The notes beneath the pieces are model-generated. The model ran no database searches, was not told the DNA's origin, and was given only the letters and a program-made list of their open reading frames with translations. 64,000 nucleotides of DNA from Candidatus Nealsonbacteria bacterium (GTDB lineage Bacteria > Patescibacteriota > Minisyncoccia > Minisyncoccales > DAOVPY01). Each line of letters opens with the position of its first letter. Within the stretch, counting starts at the first letter, position 1. A program made the position numbers and the translations under genes. Positions 35,983-46,161 of the stretch are shown piece by piece. The stretch is taken from the NCBI GenBank assembly GCA_030628945.1, contig DAOVPY010000002.1, positions 87,831-151,830 of the forward strand, written 5' to 3'.

Positions 35983-37260
35983 TTAGAATGTTTCGTATTC
36001 CCTCATTTGCAATTGGGCGTTAACCTGACGCATTGTTTCCAGAACAACGCTTACCACAATCAAAAGCGCCGTGCCGCCGATAAAAAACTGAAAAACAGTT
36101 ACTCCGGTTATGCCGGCAACAACAGAGGGCATCACCGCAATAGTTCCCAAGAACAACGCTCCGATAAATAAAATCCTGTTTAAGATGTAGTATAAATAAT
36201 TAGCAGTTGACTGACCGGGCCGAATGCCCGGAATAAATCCGCCCATTTTTTGAAGATTGGTAGAAATGGCTTTAGGGTCAAAAGTTACTGCCGTATAAAA
36301 GTAAGTGAACATGACTACCAGGGCAAAATACATTGTGCCGTAAAACCAGGGATTCTGAAACAGCATAGACGCGCTCTGGGCGATTTTAGCCACCATTCCG
36401 CTGCCGCCGATAAAAAAATTAGCAATCATTCCGGGAAACATCATAATAGACAGCGCGAAAATTATAGGAATTACGCCGGCAGGATTAATATTTAAGGGCA
36501 GATAAGTGGAAACTCCGCCGTACATCTTCATTCCGCGCACCCTTTTGGCGTAAGAAATCGGTATATTGCGCCGCGCCTCGTTGATTAAAACCACGCTGGC
36601 AATAATAATTAAAGCCATAACAAAGAAAAGCAAATAAATCGGAAGCTGGCTCGGCTCCCATTTAACCAGCATCTCCCGCATGCTCAAAGGGAAGCCGGAA
36701 ATAATTCCGGCGAAAATTAAAAGGGAAACGCCGTTGCCAATTCCCTTCTCGGTGATTAACTCCCCAAGCCACATCAGAAAGACAGTGCCGGCCGCTACGG
36801 TAATGATTGAACTCAATAGAACAGCGGGCGAAAGAGCGTCTATTACTCCCTGCCTCTGGAATAAAGTCAACATTCCGTATCCCTGAAGCATTGCCAGGGG
36901 CACGGTAAAAATCCGTCCGTATTGATTAAATTTTTGCCTGCCCGCCTCGCCTTCTTCTTTATACATCCTTTCCAGTTGAGGAAAAATCATTGTCAACAAC
37001 TGCATAATAATCACTGCGGTAATATAAGGGCCTAAGCCCAGCATCACAATAGAAAGATTTTCCAAAGTGCCGCCGGTAAAGATATTCAAAAGACCAAAAA
37101 TTTGAAATTGTTCAAAAAACGATTTCAGATTTGCGCTGTCAATTCCCGGCATTGGAATATTCGCCATTATCCGGAAAATGACAAAAACACCCAGAACGAA
37201 CAGTATCTTCTTTCGGAGGTCTTTTATTTTAAATATCTGAATGAGTTGGTGATACCACAT
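35983..37260 (-). CDS. secY: Preprotein translocase SecY
   Basis: 425-aa polytopic membrane protein in the canonical rplO-secY-adk position; GIGNG.S. Confidence 0.95.
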   Translation of the reverse strand: MWYHQLIQIFKIKDLRKKILFVLGVFVIFRIMANIPMPGIDSANLKSFFEQFQIFGLLNIFTGGTLENLSIVMLGLGPYITAVIIMQLLTMIFPQLERMYKEEGEAGRQKFNQYGRIFTVPLAMLQGYGMLTLFQRQGVIDALSPAVLLSSIITVAAGTVFLMWLGELITEKGIGNGVSLLIFAGIISGFPLSMREMLVKWEPSQLPIYLLFFVMALIIIASVVLINEARRNIPISYAKRVRGMKMYGGVSTYLPLNINPAGVIPIIFALSIMMFPGMIANFFIGGSGMVAKIAQSASMLFQNPWFYGTMYFALVVMFTYFYTAVTFDPKAISTNLQKMGGFIPGIRPGQSTANYLYYILNRILFIGALFLGTIAVMPSVVAGITGVTVFQFFIGGTALLIVVSVVLETMRQVNAQLQMREYETF

Positions 37261-37279
37261 ATCTCAAAATGACTAATTT

Positions 37280-37732
37280 CTAATTTCTAATTTTTATTGT
37301 GCCGCCTGCCTTTTCAACCTTTTCTCTGGCGCTCTTTGAGATATCGCAATTCTGAATAATCAGGGTTTTCGTGAGTTCTCCTCTTCCCAAAATCTTCACC
37401 GCGGGAATTTTCCCTTTCATTCTACAAATTATTTTCTTCTCAAGCAAGGTTTGAGAATTAACTTTATCTCCTGATTTAAATTTTGTTTCCAAAACATCTA
37501 AACTTAAAATTGTAATTTTGGATTTTAAAATTTTGGCTTTGGATTTAAATCTGTATCCTCTTAATTTTGGATATTTCTTTATCAATCCTCTAATAATCGG
37601 TTCAAACCTGGCTCCGGCTCGTGATTTCTGGCCCTTCTGCCCTCTACCGGAATACGTGCCGCTTTTGCCGCCGCGGCCTATTCTTTTCTTTTTCTTTGAT
37701 TTATGGATTGGAGAAATATTGTGTAATTGCAT
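37280..37732 (-). CDS. rplO: 50S ribosomal protein L15
   Basis: KKRIGRGGKSGTYSGRGQKGQKSR. Confidence 0.95.
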   Translation of the reverse strand: MQLHNISPIHKSKKKKRIGRGGKSGTYSGRGQKGQKSRAGARFEPIIRGLIKKYPKLRGYRFKSKAKILKSKITILSLDVLETKFKSGDKVNSQTLLEKKIICRMKGKIPAVKILGRGELTKTLIIQNCDISKSAREKVEKAGGTIKIRN

Positions 37733-37734
37733 GT

Positions 37735-38214
37735 CTAATTCGCCTTTAATTGCTTCAACGCCTTGATGGTGGCTCTGGCGTTATTAAGTTTATTCCTTGT
37801 TCTTCCCAAAATCTTTGACGAAATGTTTTTAATTCCGGCCAGAGCGCAAACAACCCTCACTGTTCCGCCAGCCACTAACCCCCTGCCTTTCTTTTGGGGC
37901 TTCAGCAAAACCCTTGCCGAGCTAAATTTTGCCTCAACTTCATATGGAATGGTATCATTTGTAATCGGAACAATAATTAAATCTTTTTTAGCCAACCGGC
38001 TTGCTTTTTCAACTGCCTGAGCCACGTCTGTTCCTTTGGCCACTCCTACTCCCACCTTTCCTTTTTTATTCCCGATTACCACTGTTGCCCGAAACCGAAA
38101 TCGCCGACCGCCGGCCGAAACCCGGGTCACCCGCGCCAAATCCAAAAGCTTGGAGTCAAACTCACTTTTTGGTTTCTCTCTTTGAAATCGTTTTCTTGGA
38201 GATTGTTTAAACAT
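37735..38214 (-). CDS. rpsE: 30S ribosomal protein S5
   Basis: RVTRVSAGGRRFRFRATVVIGN..G.VG.G.GK. Confidence 0.95.
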   Translation of the reverse strand: MFKQSPRKRFQREKPKSEFDSKLLDLARVTRVSAGGRRFRFRATVVIGNKKGKVGVGVAKGTDVAQAVEKASRLAKKDLIIVPITNDTIPYEVEAKFSSARVLLKPQKKGRGLVAGGTVRVVCALAGIKNISSKILGRTRNKLNNARATIKALKQLKAN

Positions 38215-38232
38215 AAAAAATATAAACTGAAA

Positions 38233-38667
38233 CTAAAATACTAACCCTGTTTCTCTTGCTCCCTCTGCTACCGCTCTAACTCTACCATGATACTTATATC
38301 CTCCTCTGTCAAAAACAACTTTTTTAATCTTTTTCTCCAGCGCCTTTTCCGCAATCATTTTCCCAACTTCATAAGCTATCGTAGCCTTCCCGCTTCTAAC
38401 CACTTCTTTTTTTTCTTCTTTCTTTTCTAACTTTTTAGTTTTGGGCTGTAATTTTTTGTTTTTTGTTTTTTGTTTTTTGTTTTTGAGTTCAATGTTGCTC
38501 GCGCTCAAAATTGTTTTTCCCTTCTCGTCGTCAATCAATTGCGCGTAAACGCGCTTGTTTGACCGGAAAACGCAAAATCGCGGAACCTTACTTGTCCCGA
38601 ATATCTTGGCTCTTACTCTTTTATGTCTCCTTTTTCTTTTTTCTTGTTTTATTTTAGTATCCATCAA
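38233..38667 (-). CDS. rplR: 50S ribosomal protein L18 with internal Lys-rich insertion
   Basis: [18 protein letters not shown]...[21 protein letters not shown]. The insertion is encoded by a TTTTTTG heptamer array. Confidence 0.9.
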   Translation of the reverse strand: MMDTKIKQEKRKRRHKRVRAKIFGTSKVPRFCVFRSNKRVYAQLIDDEKGKTILSASNIELKNKKQKTKNKKLQPKTKKLEKKEEKKEVVRSGKATIAYEVGKMIAEKALEKKIKKVVFDRGGYKYHGRVRAVAEGARETGLVF

Positions 38668-38680
38668 CTTAATTTTTAAT

Positions 38681-39223
38681 TTACGTTGTGGTTATTGCTT
38701 TCTTCCCCACCTTCTTCCTTACCTTTTCCCCAACATATCTTATTCCTTTTCCTTTATACGGCTCTGGCGGCCGCGTTTTTCTTATTTTTGCCGCAATTAG
38801 GCCCACCAGTTGTTTATTAATTCCAAAAATAGTAATAATATTTTTTTCTACTTTGAATTTTATGCCTTTTGGCGCTTCAATTTTTACCGGATGCGTGAAC
38901 CCAATTGTCAAAACTAAATTCTCGCCCTCTAATGAGGCCTTATAGCCAATGCCTTTAATTTCCAGCTTCTTCTCATATCCGCTAACCACCCCGTTGAGCA
39001 TATTGGCTAAAAGAGCCCGCGTTAAACCCCAGAATGCTTTAGTCTGCTTAGTCTCCATGCCCGGCGAAACATAAATTTTGTCTTTTTTAATTTCAATATT
39101 AATTTCGGGTCGAATCTCTTGCGAAAGTTCGCCCTTAGGACCCAAAACTGTCACTTTTCCATCCTCAATCTTTACTTCAACGTTGTGTGGTATTTCAATT
39201 GGCTTTTTTCCAATACGAGACAT
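38681..39223 (-). CDS. rplF: 50S ribosomal protein L6
   Basis: [14 protein letters not shown]... Confidence 0.95.
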   Translation of the reverse strand: MSRIGKKPIEIPHNVEVKIEDGKVTVLGPKGELSQEIRPEINIEIKKDKIYVSPGMETKQTKAFWGLTRALLANMLNGVVSGYEKKLEIKGIGYKASLEGENLVLTIGFTHPVKIEAPKGIKFKVEKNIITIFGINKQLVGLIAAKIRKTRPPEPYKGKGIRYVGEKVRKKVGKKAITTT

Positions 39224-39365
39224 AATAAATTTTTAATTTTTAATTTTTAATTTTTAAATAATTTTTAATGTCTTAATTTTTAAACCTGGAAATTGAATAA
39301 TAAAGTTTTAGAATTTAAAATTTAGAATTGATTTAGAATTTAAAATTTAGAATTTAGAATTTTAT

Positions 39366-39755
39366 TTACCATACTTCACATATCACCTCCCCTCCCAATT
39401 TTTGGCGTTTCGCTTCTCTGTCTGTCATCAATCCCTTGGTCGTAGAAATCACTAACATCCCCCTACCTCCTTTCACCCGCTTAATTTCTTGATTAGAAAC
39501 ATAAATCCTTTGACCTTGCTTGGAAATCCTTCGCAGTTTAGTGATAACAGGAGTCTTATCTTCATATTTGAGAGTAATCTGGATTATTTTTCTGGTTTTT
39601 TTGCCTTTCTTCTCTATTTTTTTCACAAATCCTTGTTTTTCTAAAATTTTAGCGATCTCGTATTTTACGTTAGAAAAAGGAACATCAACCGTTTGATGTA
39701 AAACCATGCAAGCATTGCGTATTCGATTAAGCATATCAACTATTGGATCAATCAT
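39366..39755 (-). CDS. rpsH: 30S ribosomal protein S8
   Basis: DPIVDMLNRIRNA...; C-terminal GGEVICEVW. Confidence 0.95.
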   Translation of the reverse strand: MIDPIVDMLNRIRNACMVLHQTVDVPFSNVKYEIAKILEKQGFVKKIEKKGKKTRKIIQITLKYEDKTPVITKLRRISKQGQRIYVSNQEIKRVKGGRGMLVISTTKGLMTDREAKRQKLGGEVICEVW

Positions 39756-39766
39756 AAATATTGAAA

Positions 39767-39952
39767 TTACCAGGATGATTTTTTCACTCCCGGTATTAAA
39801 CCCTTATTCGCCATTTCTCTAAAGCAAATGCGGCACAATCCAAATCTACGCATATACCCCCTTTTCCGTCCGCACCTAAAACAACGGCGCGTAATGCGAG
39901 ATGAAAATTTTGGCTTTTTTTTTGACTTTATGATTTGCGCTTTGGTAGCCAT
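39767..39952 (-). CDS. rpsN: 30S ribosomal protein S14 type Z
   Basis: 61 aa; [23 protein letters not shown] zinc motif. Confidence 0.95.
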   Translation of the reverse strand: MATKAQIIKSKKKPKFSSRITRRCFRCGRKRGYMRRFGLCRICFREMANKGLIPGVKKSSW

Positions 39953-40525
39953 TTACTTTTTAATGGGAAATCCCATTAACTTTAATAATTCTAATCCTTC
40001 TTCCTTGTTCTTAGCGGTTGTAGCAACGGTTATCTCTAATCCAAAAATATTCCTGGTCTTTTCCGGTAAAATCTCGGGAAAAACAATATGTTCTTTTAAT
40101 CCGACAGTCAAATTTCCTTGCCCATCAACCGACTTTTGGTTAATTCCTTGAAAATCGCGGGATCGGGGAAGGGCAATATGAATAAGCCGCTCCAAAAAAT
40201 CATCCATTTTTTTTCTTCTTAAAGTAATTGTTGCCCCAATTGGCGTTCCCTCTCTAAGCTTAAAAGCGGCAATTGATTTTTTAGCTTTGGTTAAAACCGG
40301 CTGCTGTCCGGCGATAATGGCTAAATCGTTTAAAATAGATTTAGAAATTTTTTTTTGCTCGTCCTTGGTCTTTCCGCCAATTAATCTCCCAAAGCCGGTG
40401 TTTATTACCACTTTTTGAATACGCGGAACAGCCATATCATTAGTATAGCCAAACTTTTTCTTCATCTCGGGCACAACCTCGCTTTTATATTTGTCTTTAA
40501 GGTTTAACATAGTATCTTGCAACAT
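39953..40525 (-). CDS. rplE: 50S ribosomal protein L5
   Basis: VPRIQKVVINTG.G...; ITLRRKKMDDFLERL. Confidence 0.95.
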   Translation of the reverse strand: MLQDTMLNLKDKYKSEVVPEMKKKFGYTNDMAVPRIQKVVINTGFGRLIGGKTKDEQKKISKSILNDLAIIAGQQPVLTKAKKSIAAFKLREGTPIGATITLRRKKMDDFLERLIHIALPRSRDFQGINQKSVDGQGNLTVGLKEHIVFPEILPEKTRNIFGLEITVATTAKNKEEGLELLKLMGFPIKK

Positions 40526-40604
40526 GTAACTTGTAACCTATAACCTAAAAATTTTTAATTTATTTTTTCTTGAGTTTCAAGTTACAGGTTACAGGTTTCG
40601 AGAT

Positions 40605-40910
40605 TTATATTTCTTGGTTGCATTTCTTGCACACTCTGTACTTCTTTTTCCCTTCAACCTTATATCCCACCCTTGTTGCTTTTCCGCACTTTGAGCAGAT
40701 TAGTTTAACGTTAGAAACCGAAATTGGACCCGGCGTCTCCACAACTTGACCCTTTTCTCCCTGTTTCTTGGGCCGAACATGTTTTTTTCTTATGTTAATG
40801 CCTTCCACCGCAATCTTCTCCTCACGCGGAAAAGCATCCAAAACCTTACCTTTTCTGTTGCGGTCTTTTCCTGAAATTATTAAAACAATGTCATCTTTTT
40901 TAATCTTCAT
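40605..40910 (-). CDS. rplX: 50S ribosomal protein L24 with C-terminal zinc ribbon
   Basis: [22 protein letters not shown]; CSKCG...CKKC. Confidence 0.9.
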   Translation of the reverse strand: MKIKKDDIVLIISGKDRNRKGKVLDAFPREEKIAVEGINIRKKHVRPKKQGEKGQVVETPGPISVSNVKLICSKCGKATRVGYKVEGKKKYRVCKKCNQEI

Positions 40911-41278
40911 ACTAATTCTGATGCCAATCCGGCAATCTTGCTAAAGCCCTTTTCTTTGAGCTCTCTCGGTATGGGTCCGGAAATTCTTCCCCCTTTGGGA
41001 TTTTTTGTTTTTCCATCTAAAATCACTACGGTATTTTCATCAAAACGGATATAAGAACCATCTTTCCGACGATACTCCTTTTTTTGCCTGACTATCACCG
41101 CTCTAACCACATCGTGCGTCTTGACAATTTTTCTTGGTTCGGCTTTCTTGACAGCCGCCACAATAACATCCCCGAGTTGAGCGTATCGGCGCCGGCTTCC
41201 GCCAAGCACCTTAAAACACTGGATAACTTTGGCTCCGGTATTGTCGCACACTTTTAACATTGTCCGAGGTTGAATCAT
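40907..41278 (-). CDS. rplN: 50S ribosomal protein L14
   Basis: [17 protein letters not shown]. Confidence 0.95.
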   Translation of the reverse strand: MIQPRTMLKVCDNTGAKVIQCFKVLGGSRRRYAQLGDVIVAAVKKAEPRKIVKTHDVVRAVIVRQKKEYRRKDGSYIRFDENTVVILDGKTKNPKGGRISGPIPRELKEKGFSKIAGLASELV

Positions 41279-41291
41279 AGCTTTTTAATTT

Positions 41292-41549
41292 TTAAATCTT
41301 CTTTATCACTATCCATCGCTTGTCCTTTGATAAAGGTCTTGTTTCCTCAATGACCACTTTGTCTCCGACTTTGTATTCGTTCTTCTCGTCGTGCGCCTTA
41401 TATTTCTTATGCGTCTTAAACCGCCTCCTGTATTTAGGATGTTTTTTTATCCTTTCTACCTTAACAACTATTGTCTTAGCCATCTTATCTGAAACAATTA
41501 CGCCTTTTAATTGTCTTTTAATTTTTAATTTTTCTTTGTGGTTTTTCAT
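41292..41549 (-). CDS. rpsQ: 30S ribosomal protein S17
   Basis: [20 protein letters not shown]...HPKY. Start moved to the internal ATG (MKNHKEK). Confidence 0.9.
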   Translation of the reverse strand: MKNHKEKLKIKRQLKGVIVSDKMAKTIVVKVERIKKHPKYRRRFKTHKKYKAHDEKNEYKVGDKVVIEETRPLSKDKRWIVIKKI

Positions 41550-41621
41550 AATTGCGAGTGAGGAAGAAAAAGAAAAATTCATTTTTCTTTTTCGACCGAA
41601 CGAAGCAATTAGAAGCTTCGC

Positions 41622-41804
41622 TTATTTTTCATTTAATAAAGTTAGCGTCCTGGCAATATCCTTTTTGATTTTCCGTATTTCCCTTACATTTTTCACTTTA
41701 CCCGAAGACAAATCAAAACGCAACTGCCGAAGTTTCTCGCGACTGTCTTGCAAAAAATTACTTAACTCTGTTTTGGATTTTTGACGAATTTCGTTTGCCT
41801 TCAT
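41622..41804 (-). CDS. rpmC: 50S ribosomal protein L29
   Basis: 60 aa; ...[28 protein letters not shown]. Confidence 0.9.
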   Translation of the reverse strand: MKANEIRQKSKTELSNFLQDSREKLRQLRFDLSSGKVKNVREIRKIKKDIARTLTLLNEK

Positions 41805-42211
41805 CTTTTTATAAATTTGGTTTTTATCGGCAGTTTTTCCGAAGCTCTTCCCAGCGCCTCTCTTGCCATTTCTTCTTCTATTCCGTCTATCTCAAAAAGA
41901 ATCCTGCCCGGTTTAACTGAAAAAACATAATGGTCAACACTCCCTTTTCCGCCGCCCATTGGAATCTCAATTCCCTTAAAGGTCACGGGTTTATCAGGAA
42001 AAATTCGTATCCACAGCTTGCCTCCTTTTCGTAAATATCTAATAATTGCCCGCCTGGCCGCTTCAATCTGACGAGCCGTAATCCACCGGCTTTCCATACT
42101 CTTTAACCCAAAACTGCCGAAAACAAGATTGGTTCCTCGGGTTTCAACGCTCTTATTTCTTTTTCTGCCTTTATGCCATTTTCTATGTTTTACTTTTTTG
42201 GGCATCAACAT
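41801..42211 (-). CDS. rplP: 50S ribosomal protein L16
   Basis: [16 protein letters not shown]... Confidence 0.95.
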   Translation of the reverse strand: MLMPKKVKHRKWHKGRKRNKSVETRGTNLVFGSFGLKSMESRWITARQIEAARRAIIRYLRKGGKLWIRIFPDKPVTFKGIEIPMGGGKGSVDHYVFSVKPGRILFEIDGIEEEMAREALGRASEKLPIKTKFIKR

Positions 42212-42212
42212 A

Positions 42213-42893
42213 TTAAAATTTGTCGCCTTTGTATATCCAAACTTTTACACCCACTACTCCATAAACGCAATGGGCCTCGCAATGGCAATAATCTATTTCA
42301 GCCCTGATAGTCTGACGGGGAAGACGGCCCTTTTTCAACCACTCCCGGCGGGCAATTTCCGCTCCCATCAATCTGCCGGCGACTTCTATTCTGGCTCCCT
42401 CCACTCCCTTGGAAGACATAATCTTGTCTATTGAGCGTTTCAAAATCCGGCGATGATGTATTCTTTTCTCAATTTGCTGCGCAATCCACTCGCAAGCCAA
42501 ACTTGCCATAGACCAGGGTTCTCTAATTTCCCGCACTTCAAGTTTAAGTTTTTTTTGTTCTAAAACTTTCTTTCCGCGCAACTTCTTTTTAAAAGAAGAA
42601 TCTCCAAAATTTAAAATTTTCTCTAAATCTTTTTTTAATTTCTCTATGCCCTCTCCCCCGCGACCAATAATAAGGCCGGGCCGGGCGCTATTAATGATAA
42701 TCTTTACTTCTCCGGAAAATCTTTCAATTTCTACGCCTTGCAGCGCAGCCTCTTTCAGCCGTTTTTTCAGAAATTCTCTAATTCTAAAATCCTCCTCCAA
42801 ATATTCGGGAATCTTTTTTTTATTTAACCATCGGGAACTCCAATCGCTTGTTTCCTTTATTCTAAATATTTTCGGGTGAACTTTATGCGCCAT
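42213..42893 (-). CDS. rpsC: 30S ribosomal protein S3
   Basis: [11 protein letters not shown]...; KH motif [13 protein letters not shown]. Confidence 0.95.
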   Translation of the reverse strand: MAHKVHPKIFRIKETSDWSSRWLNKKKIPEYLEEDFRIREFLKKRLKEAALQGVEIERFSGEVKIIINSARPGLIIGRGGEGIEKLKKDLEKILNFGDSSFKKKLRGKKVLEQKKLKLEVREIREPWSMASLACEWIAQQIEKRIHHRRILKRSIDKIMSSKGVEGARIEVAGRLMGAEIARREWLKKGRLPRQTIRAEIDYCHCEAHCVYGVVGVKVWIYKGDKF

Positions 42894-42896
42894 ATT

Positions 42897-43415
42897 TTAG
42901 AAGGCTTTTCGCCTGAACATTTTTTTAGCCGCTTTTTCCATTTTTGGCCTGAATATCTCTTTCCGTGTTTTTGGTTTAATTTTTGGTTTTTCCAGTTTGG
43001 AAACTCTTCCTGCCTTATCTGCCCCTACCGCCTTCTCCGCTTTCTTGGGTTTCTGAATTTTTTTAACTCTTTCTCCTTGCTTATTTATTTCCTCAACCAC
43101 AACAGTAATATGAGAAGTTCTCTTCTGAATTTCAAACGCCTGTCCGCGGGCCCGCGCCCGCCATCTTTTATTTTTCGGACCCGCGTCAACGACAATTTTA
43201 GAAATGTAAAGACCGCTTTCCTCAAGTTGAAAATCATTCTTGGCATTGGCAACAACTGATTTTAAAAGTTTTGAGAGCGGCTTGCACGCTCTTTTAGCCG
43301 TAAAATTTAAAATCGTTTGAGCCTCCTCAATTGTTTTTCCGCGAACCAAATCAGCAACCAACCGAACTTTTCGAGGCGCGATATGGAGATATTTTAATTT
43401 CGCAATTACTGCCAT
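42897..43415 (-). CDS. rplV: 50S ribosomal protein L22 with Lys-rich C-terminal extension
   Basis: ISPRKVRLVADLVRGK..EEA..IL.F. Confidence 0.9.
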   Translation of the reverse strand: MAVIAKLKYLHIAPRKVRLVADLVRGKTIEEAQTILNFTAKRACKPLSKLLKSVVANAKNDFQLEESGLYISKIVVDAGPKNKRWRARARGQAFEIQKRTSHITVVVEEINKQGERVKKIQKPKKAEKAVGADKAGRVSKLEKPKIKPKTRKEIFRPKMEKAAKKMFRRKAF

Positions 43416-43417
43416 AA

Positions 43418-43729
43418 TTATTTTAGCTTTTCGGTTTCTTTCTCTTTTGCTTTTGCTTCCTGCTCACGCTGCATCTTGCCTCCATGCCTTACAAATTTGG
43501 TGGTGGGAGCAAATTCGCCAAGCTTGTGTCCAACCATATCCTCGGCCGCGCTAACCGCAATATGCTCTTTGCCATTATGAACTCCGAAAGTAAAACCAAC
43601 CATTTCAGGCGTAATAGTGCAAGCCCTGCACCAGGTTTTAATAACGGTTTTATCGCCTTTTCGGAGCTTGCTTATTTTCTTTAACAATTTTTCGTTTATA
43701 TACGGGCCTTTTTTTAGACTTCTTGACAT
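43418..43729 (-). CDS. rpsS: 30S ribosomal protein S19
   Basis: [11 protein letters not shown]...[10 protein letters not shown]. Confidence 0.95.
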   Translation of the reverse strand: MSRSLKKGPYINEKLLKKISKLRKGDKTVIKTWCRACTITPEMVGFTFGVHNGKEHIAVSAAEDMVGHKLGEFAPTTKFVRHGGKMQREQEAKAKEKETEKLK

Positions 43730-43748
43730 AAATTTCTAATGTTTAATG

Positions 43749-44585
43749 TTATTTCTTTTTTCTCTTTTGTCGTCTCTTGATGATAAGTTTATCTGTCCAC
43801 TTCTTTTTTCTTGTCTTCACGCCGCGAGCCGGCTTGCCCCAAGGCGTTTTTGGGCCGGGCATCCCGATTGGCGCCCTGCCTTCTCCTCCGCCGTGAGGAT
43901 GGTCGGCAGGCACCATCGCGCTCCCCCGCACCGTGGGTCTTCGGCCTTTGCGGCGCGACCTTCCAGCTTTCCCTATTTTTACAAAAACATGCTCGGGATT
44001 TGACACCATCCCAATTGAAGCAAAACAATCTTCCCGCACTCGCTTTATCTCAGTTGAAGACAGCTTAAGATGGCTGTAACCCCCTTCCAAAGCCAAAACC
44101 TTTGCCGAAGTTCCGGCTCCTCGCGCTAATTTTCCTCCTCTGCCAGGCTCAATCTCTATATTATAAACCGCAGTTCCTATTGGAATATTTTTTAGCTTCA
44201 TTCTGTTGCCAACGCGGATTTCGGTTTTTTCGCCCGCGATTATTTCATCGTCCTTTTTCAAACCATGGGGAGCAATAATATATTTTTTTTCTCCATCCTG
44301 ATATTTTACCAAGGCGATGAAAGCGGCTCTATAGGGGTCGTATTCCACAGCCGCGACCTTTGCCGGAACATTTAATTTTTCCCGTGTAAAATCAATAAGC
44401 CGATAAAGTTTTTTGACACCGGCGCCCTGGTGTCTGGTAGTAATCCTGCCCTGTGAATTTCTTCCGGCTCTCCTTTTCAAAGCCAAAAGCAAACTCTTTT
44501 CGGGTTTCTTTTTCCTGGTCAGAACCGAAAAATCCTCTCTCGTGGCTCCTCTTCTTCCCGGCGTTGTTGGCTTGTATAATTTCAT
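43749..44585 (-). CDS. rplB: 50S ribosomal protein L2
   Basis: ...GSAMVPADHPHGGGEGR. Confidence 0.95.
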   Translation of the reverse strand: MKLYKPTTPGRRGATREDFSVLTRKKKPEKSLLLALKRRAGRNSQGRITTRHQGAGVKKLYRLIDFTREKLNVPAKVAAVEYDPYRAAFIALVKYQDGEKKYIIAPHGLKKDDEIIAGEKTEIRVGNRMKLKNIPIGTAVYNIEIEPGRGGKLARGAGTSAKVLALEGGYSHLKLSSTEIKRVREDCFASIGMVSNPEHVFVKIGKAGRSRRKGRRPTVRGSAMVPADHPHGGGEGRAPIGMPGPKTPWGKPARGVKTRKKKWTDKLIIKRRQKRKKK

Positions 44586-44771
44586 GCTCTAAATTTCTAA
44601 TTTCTAATATCTAATTGACCTAATCAAATCCCAAATCCCAATTTCTAATGTCTAACTTTTTTGGTCATTGGTTATTGGACATTGGGTATTGATTAGACAT
44701 TAGGTTAATTAGGAATTAGGAATTTTTAACTTTTTTGTTGTAGTTTTGGCTTTTGTGTTTTGTGTTTTGTA

Positions 44772-45275
44772 TTATCTTGGTAAAACTTCAATCTTCTGCC
44801 CCTCTTTGACCTTCACAATGGCTTTTTTGTATCCCTTTTTCCAGCCTGTAATTCTTCCCAACCGCCTATGACGTCTATGAACGTTGATAATTCTAACGCC
44901 AATAACGTCTACATTATAAAGACCTTCAACTGCTTTTTTGACTTCAATCTTGTTGGCTCTGGGCAAAATCTTAAAAGTATATTGGTTCTTCGCGACTAAA
45001 TCCGTTGCTTTTTCGGAAACATGGGGCGATTTTAAAACTCGATAAGCCGTACCCGAAATTTTTGCGCGCGGTTTTGAAACTTTCGGCTTTACCCTGTTAA
45101 ATTGCTTTGCGCCAGCTTCGCTGGATTTAACAGGGTGAATTTCTTTTCTCTCTTCAACCGCCTTTTCTTTTTTTATTTTTCTTGGTTTTTCCTCAACTCT
45201 AATCTTAGGGGCTTTTTTCTCCTCTTTTGGCTTTTCCTCTTTCTTCTTTTTTCTGAAAAAATCAAACAAACTCAT
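44772..45275 (-). CDS. rplW: 50S ribosomal protein L23 with ~75-aa Lys/Glu-rich N-terminal extension
   Basis: VLKSPHVSEKATDLVAKNQYTFKI...KIEVKKAVEGLYNV. Confidence 0.9.
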   Translation of the reverse strand: MSLFDFFRKKKKEEKPKEEKKAPKIRVEEKPRKIKKEKAVEERKEIHPVKSSEAGAKQFNRVKPKVSKPRAKISGTAYRVLKSPHVSEKATDLVAKNQYTFKILPRANKIEVKKAVEGLYNVDVIGVRIINVHRRHRRLGRITGWKKGYKKAIVKVKEGQKIEVLPR

Positions 45276-45955
45276 TTTATAAATGTATCTTTAATTATCT
45301 TTATTGCTTCTTTCGGGAGCATTAAATACTTATAACTCAATATGTCCAGACAATTCAAGTCCTTTGCAAGAATTGTCGTTGCCTTTGGCAAATTCCTCGC
45401 TGCCCTGATTATATTTTCATCCATTTTCGGCAAGGCAATTAAAAAACTTTCTTGTTTTTTAGTTTTTGAGCTTTTTGCTTTTGAGTTGCGAATCTGATTG
45501 ATGGACTTATTCGCGCGAATAAGTCTTACGATATTCGCCGCTTCCTTTGTCTTTGCTTTTTCTAATTTCAATTTATCTAAAATAATTATTTCGCTGTCTT
45601 TCGCTTTTTGGCTCAAAACCATAAATAATGCCTTTCTCCGCATTTTTTGAGGAATAATTTTTTTGAAATTTCGTTCATTCGTGGGCCCGAATGTAATACC
45701 GCCGCCCCGCCATATCGGCGAACGCCGCGAACCGGCTCGCGCCCTGCCTGTTCCTTTCTGGCGCCAGGGCTTTCGTCCCCCGCCGCGAACGTCTCCCCTG
45801 CCTTTTGTGTGCGCTGAAACCTGCCGCCTGTTCCCCATTTGCGAAACAACAACCTGATGGACCAGATCGGAATTAAAAGACACCTCAAAGAGCTCTTTGG
45901 GCAATGCTGTTTTTCCAGTTTCTTCGCCTTTTTGATTATAAACCTTGACAAACAT
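45272..45955 (-). CDS. rplD: 50S ribosomal protein L4
   Basis: MFVKVYNQKGEE...GGGRKPWRQKGTGRAR. Start moved to the ATG at 45955; the longer ORF-track start lies inside the inserted cassette. Confidence 0.9.
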   Translation of the reverse strand: MFVKVYNQKGEETGKTALPKELFEVSFNSDLVHQVVVSQMGNRRQVSAHTKGRGDVRGGGRKPWRQKGTGRARAGSRRSPIWRGGGITFGPTNERNFKKIIPQKMRRKALFMVLSQKAKDSEIIILDKLKLEKAKTKEAANIVRLIRANKSINQIRNSKAKSSKTKKQESFLIALPKMDENIIRAARNLPKATTILAKDLNCLDILSYKYLMLPKEAIKIIKDTFIK

Positions 45956-45973
45956 AATATAATTTGTTATGAT
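45945..45973 (+). promoter_or_regulatory. Consensus sigma-70-like promoter P1 (antisense to the S10 operon)
   Basis: TTGACA, 17 nt, TATGAT, followed by AGGAGG and an ATG. Confidence 0.6.
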
Positions 45974-45994
45974 AATTTCAGGAGGTAAAATGGG

Positions 45995-46132
45995 ATGACA
46001 ATAGAAATAACCGAACAAGCGAGAGGCGCGTTGTTTAAAGTAATAGCGGAAGGCATGCCCGAGAAGTTAGGAATGTCTGAAGAGGAGCGCATAACTCTTG
46101 GGCTGGAACTTTCGCAGAAGCCAAAAAAGTGA
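45995..46132 (+). CDS. Small protein (45 aa) of the antisense cassette
   Basis: MTIEITEQARGALFKVIAEGMPEKLGMSEEERITLGLELSQKPKK. AGGAGG lies 8 nt upstream of the ATG, with its own promoter and terminator. Confidence 0.5.
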   Translation: MTIEITEQARGALFKVIAEGMPEKLGMSEEERITLGLELSQKPKK

Positions 46133-46161
46133 AAAAGTAGGCAATCGGTCCTTCGGGACAA

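Noticed and set aside
39224-39365. Possible CRISPR array in the repeat-rich spacers (also 26574-26620, 44586-44771, 48622-48716)
   Set aside because: The repeat unit is only 7 nt with no unique spacers, and the two halves are mutually complementary. These are hairpin-forming microsatellite-like spacers, not CRISPR. No cas genes are present.
45613-45951. 112-aa minus-strand ORF inside rplD, and 79-aa ORF 43789-44028 inside rplB
   Set aside because: These are alternative frames of the locally GC-rich, Arg/Gly-rich cores of L4 and L2. No independent start signals.
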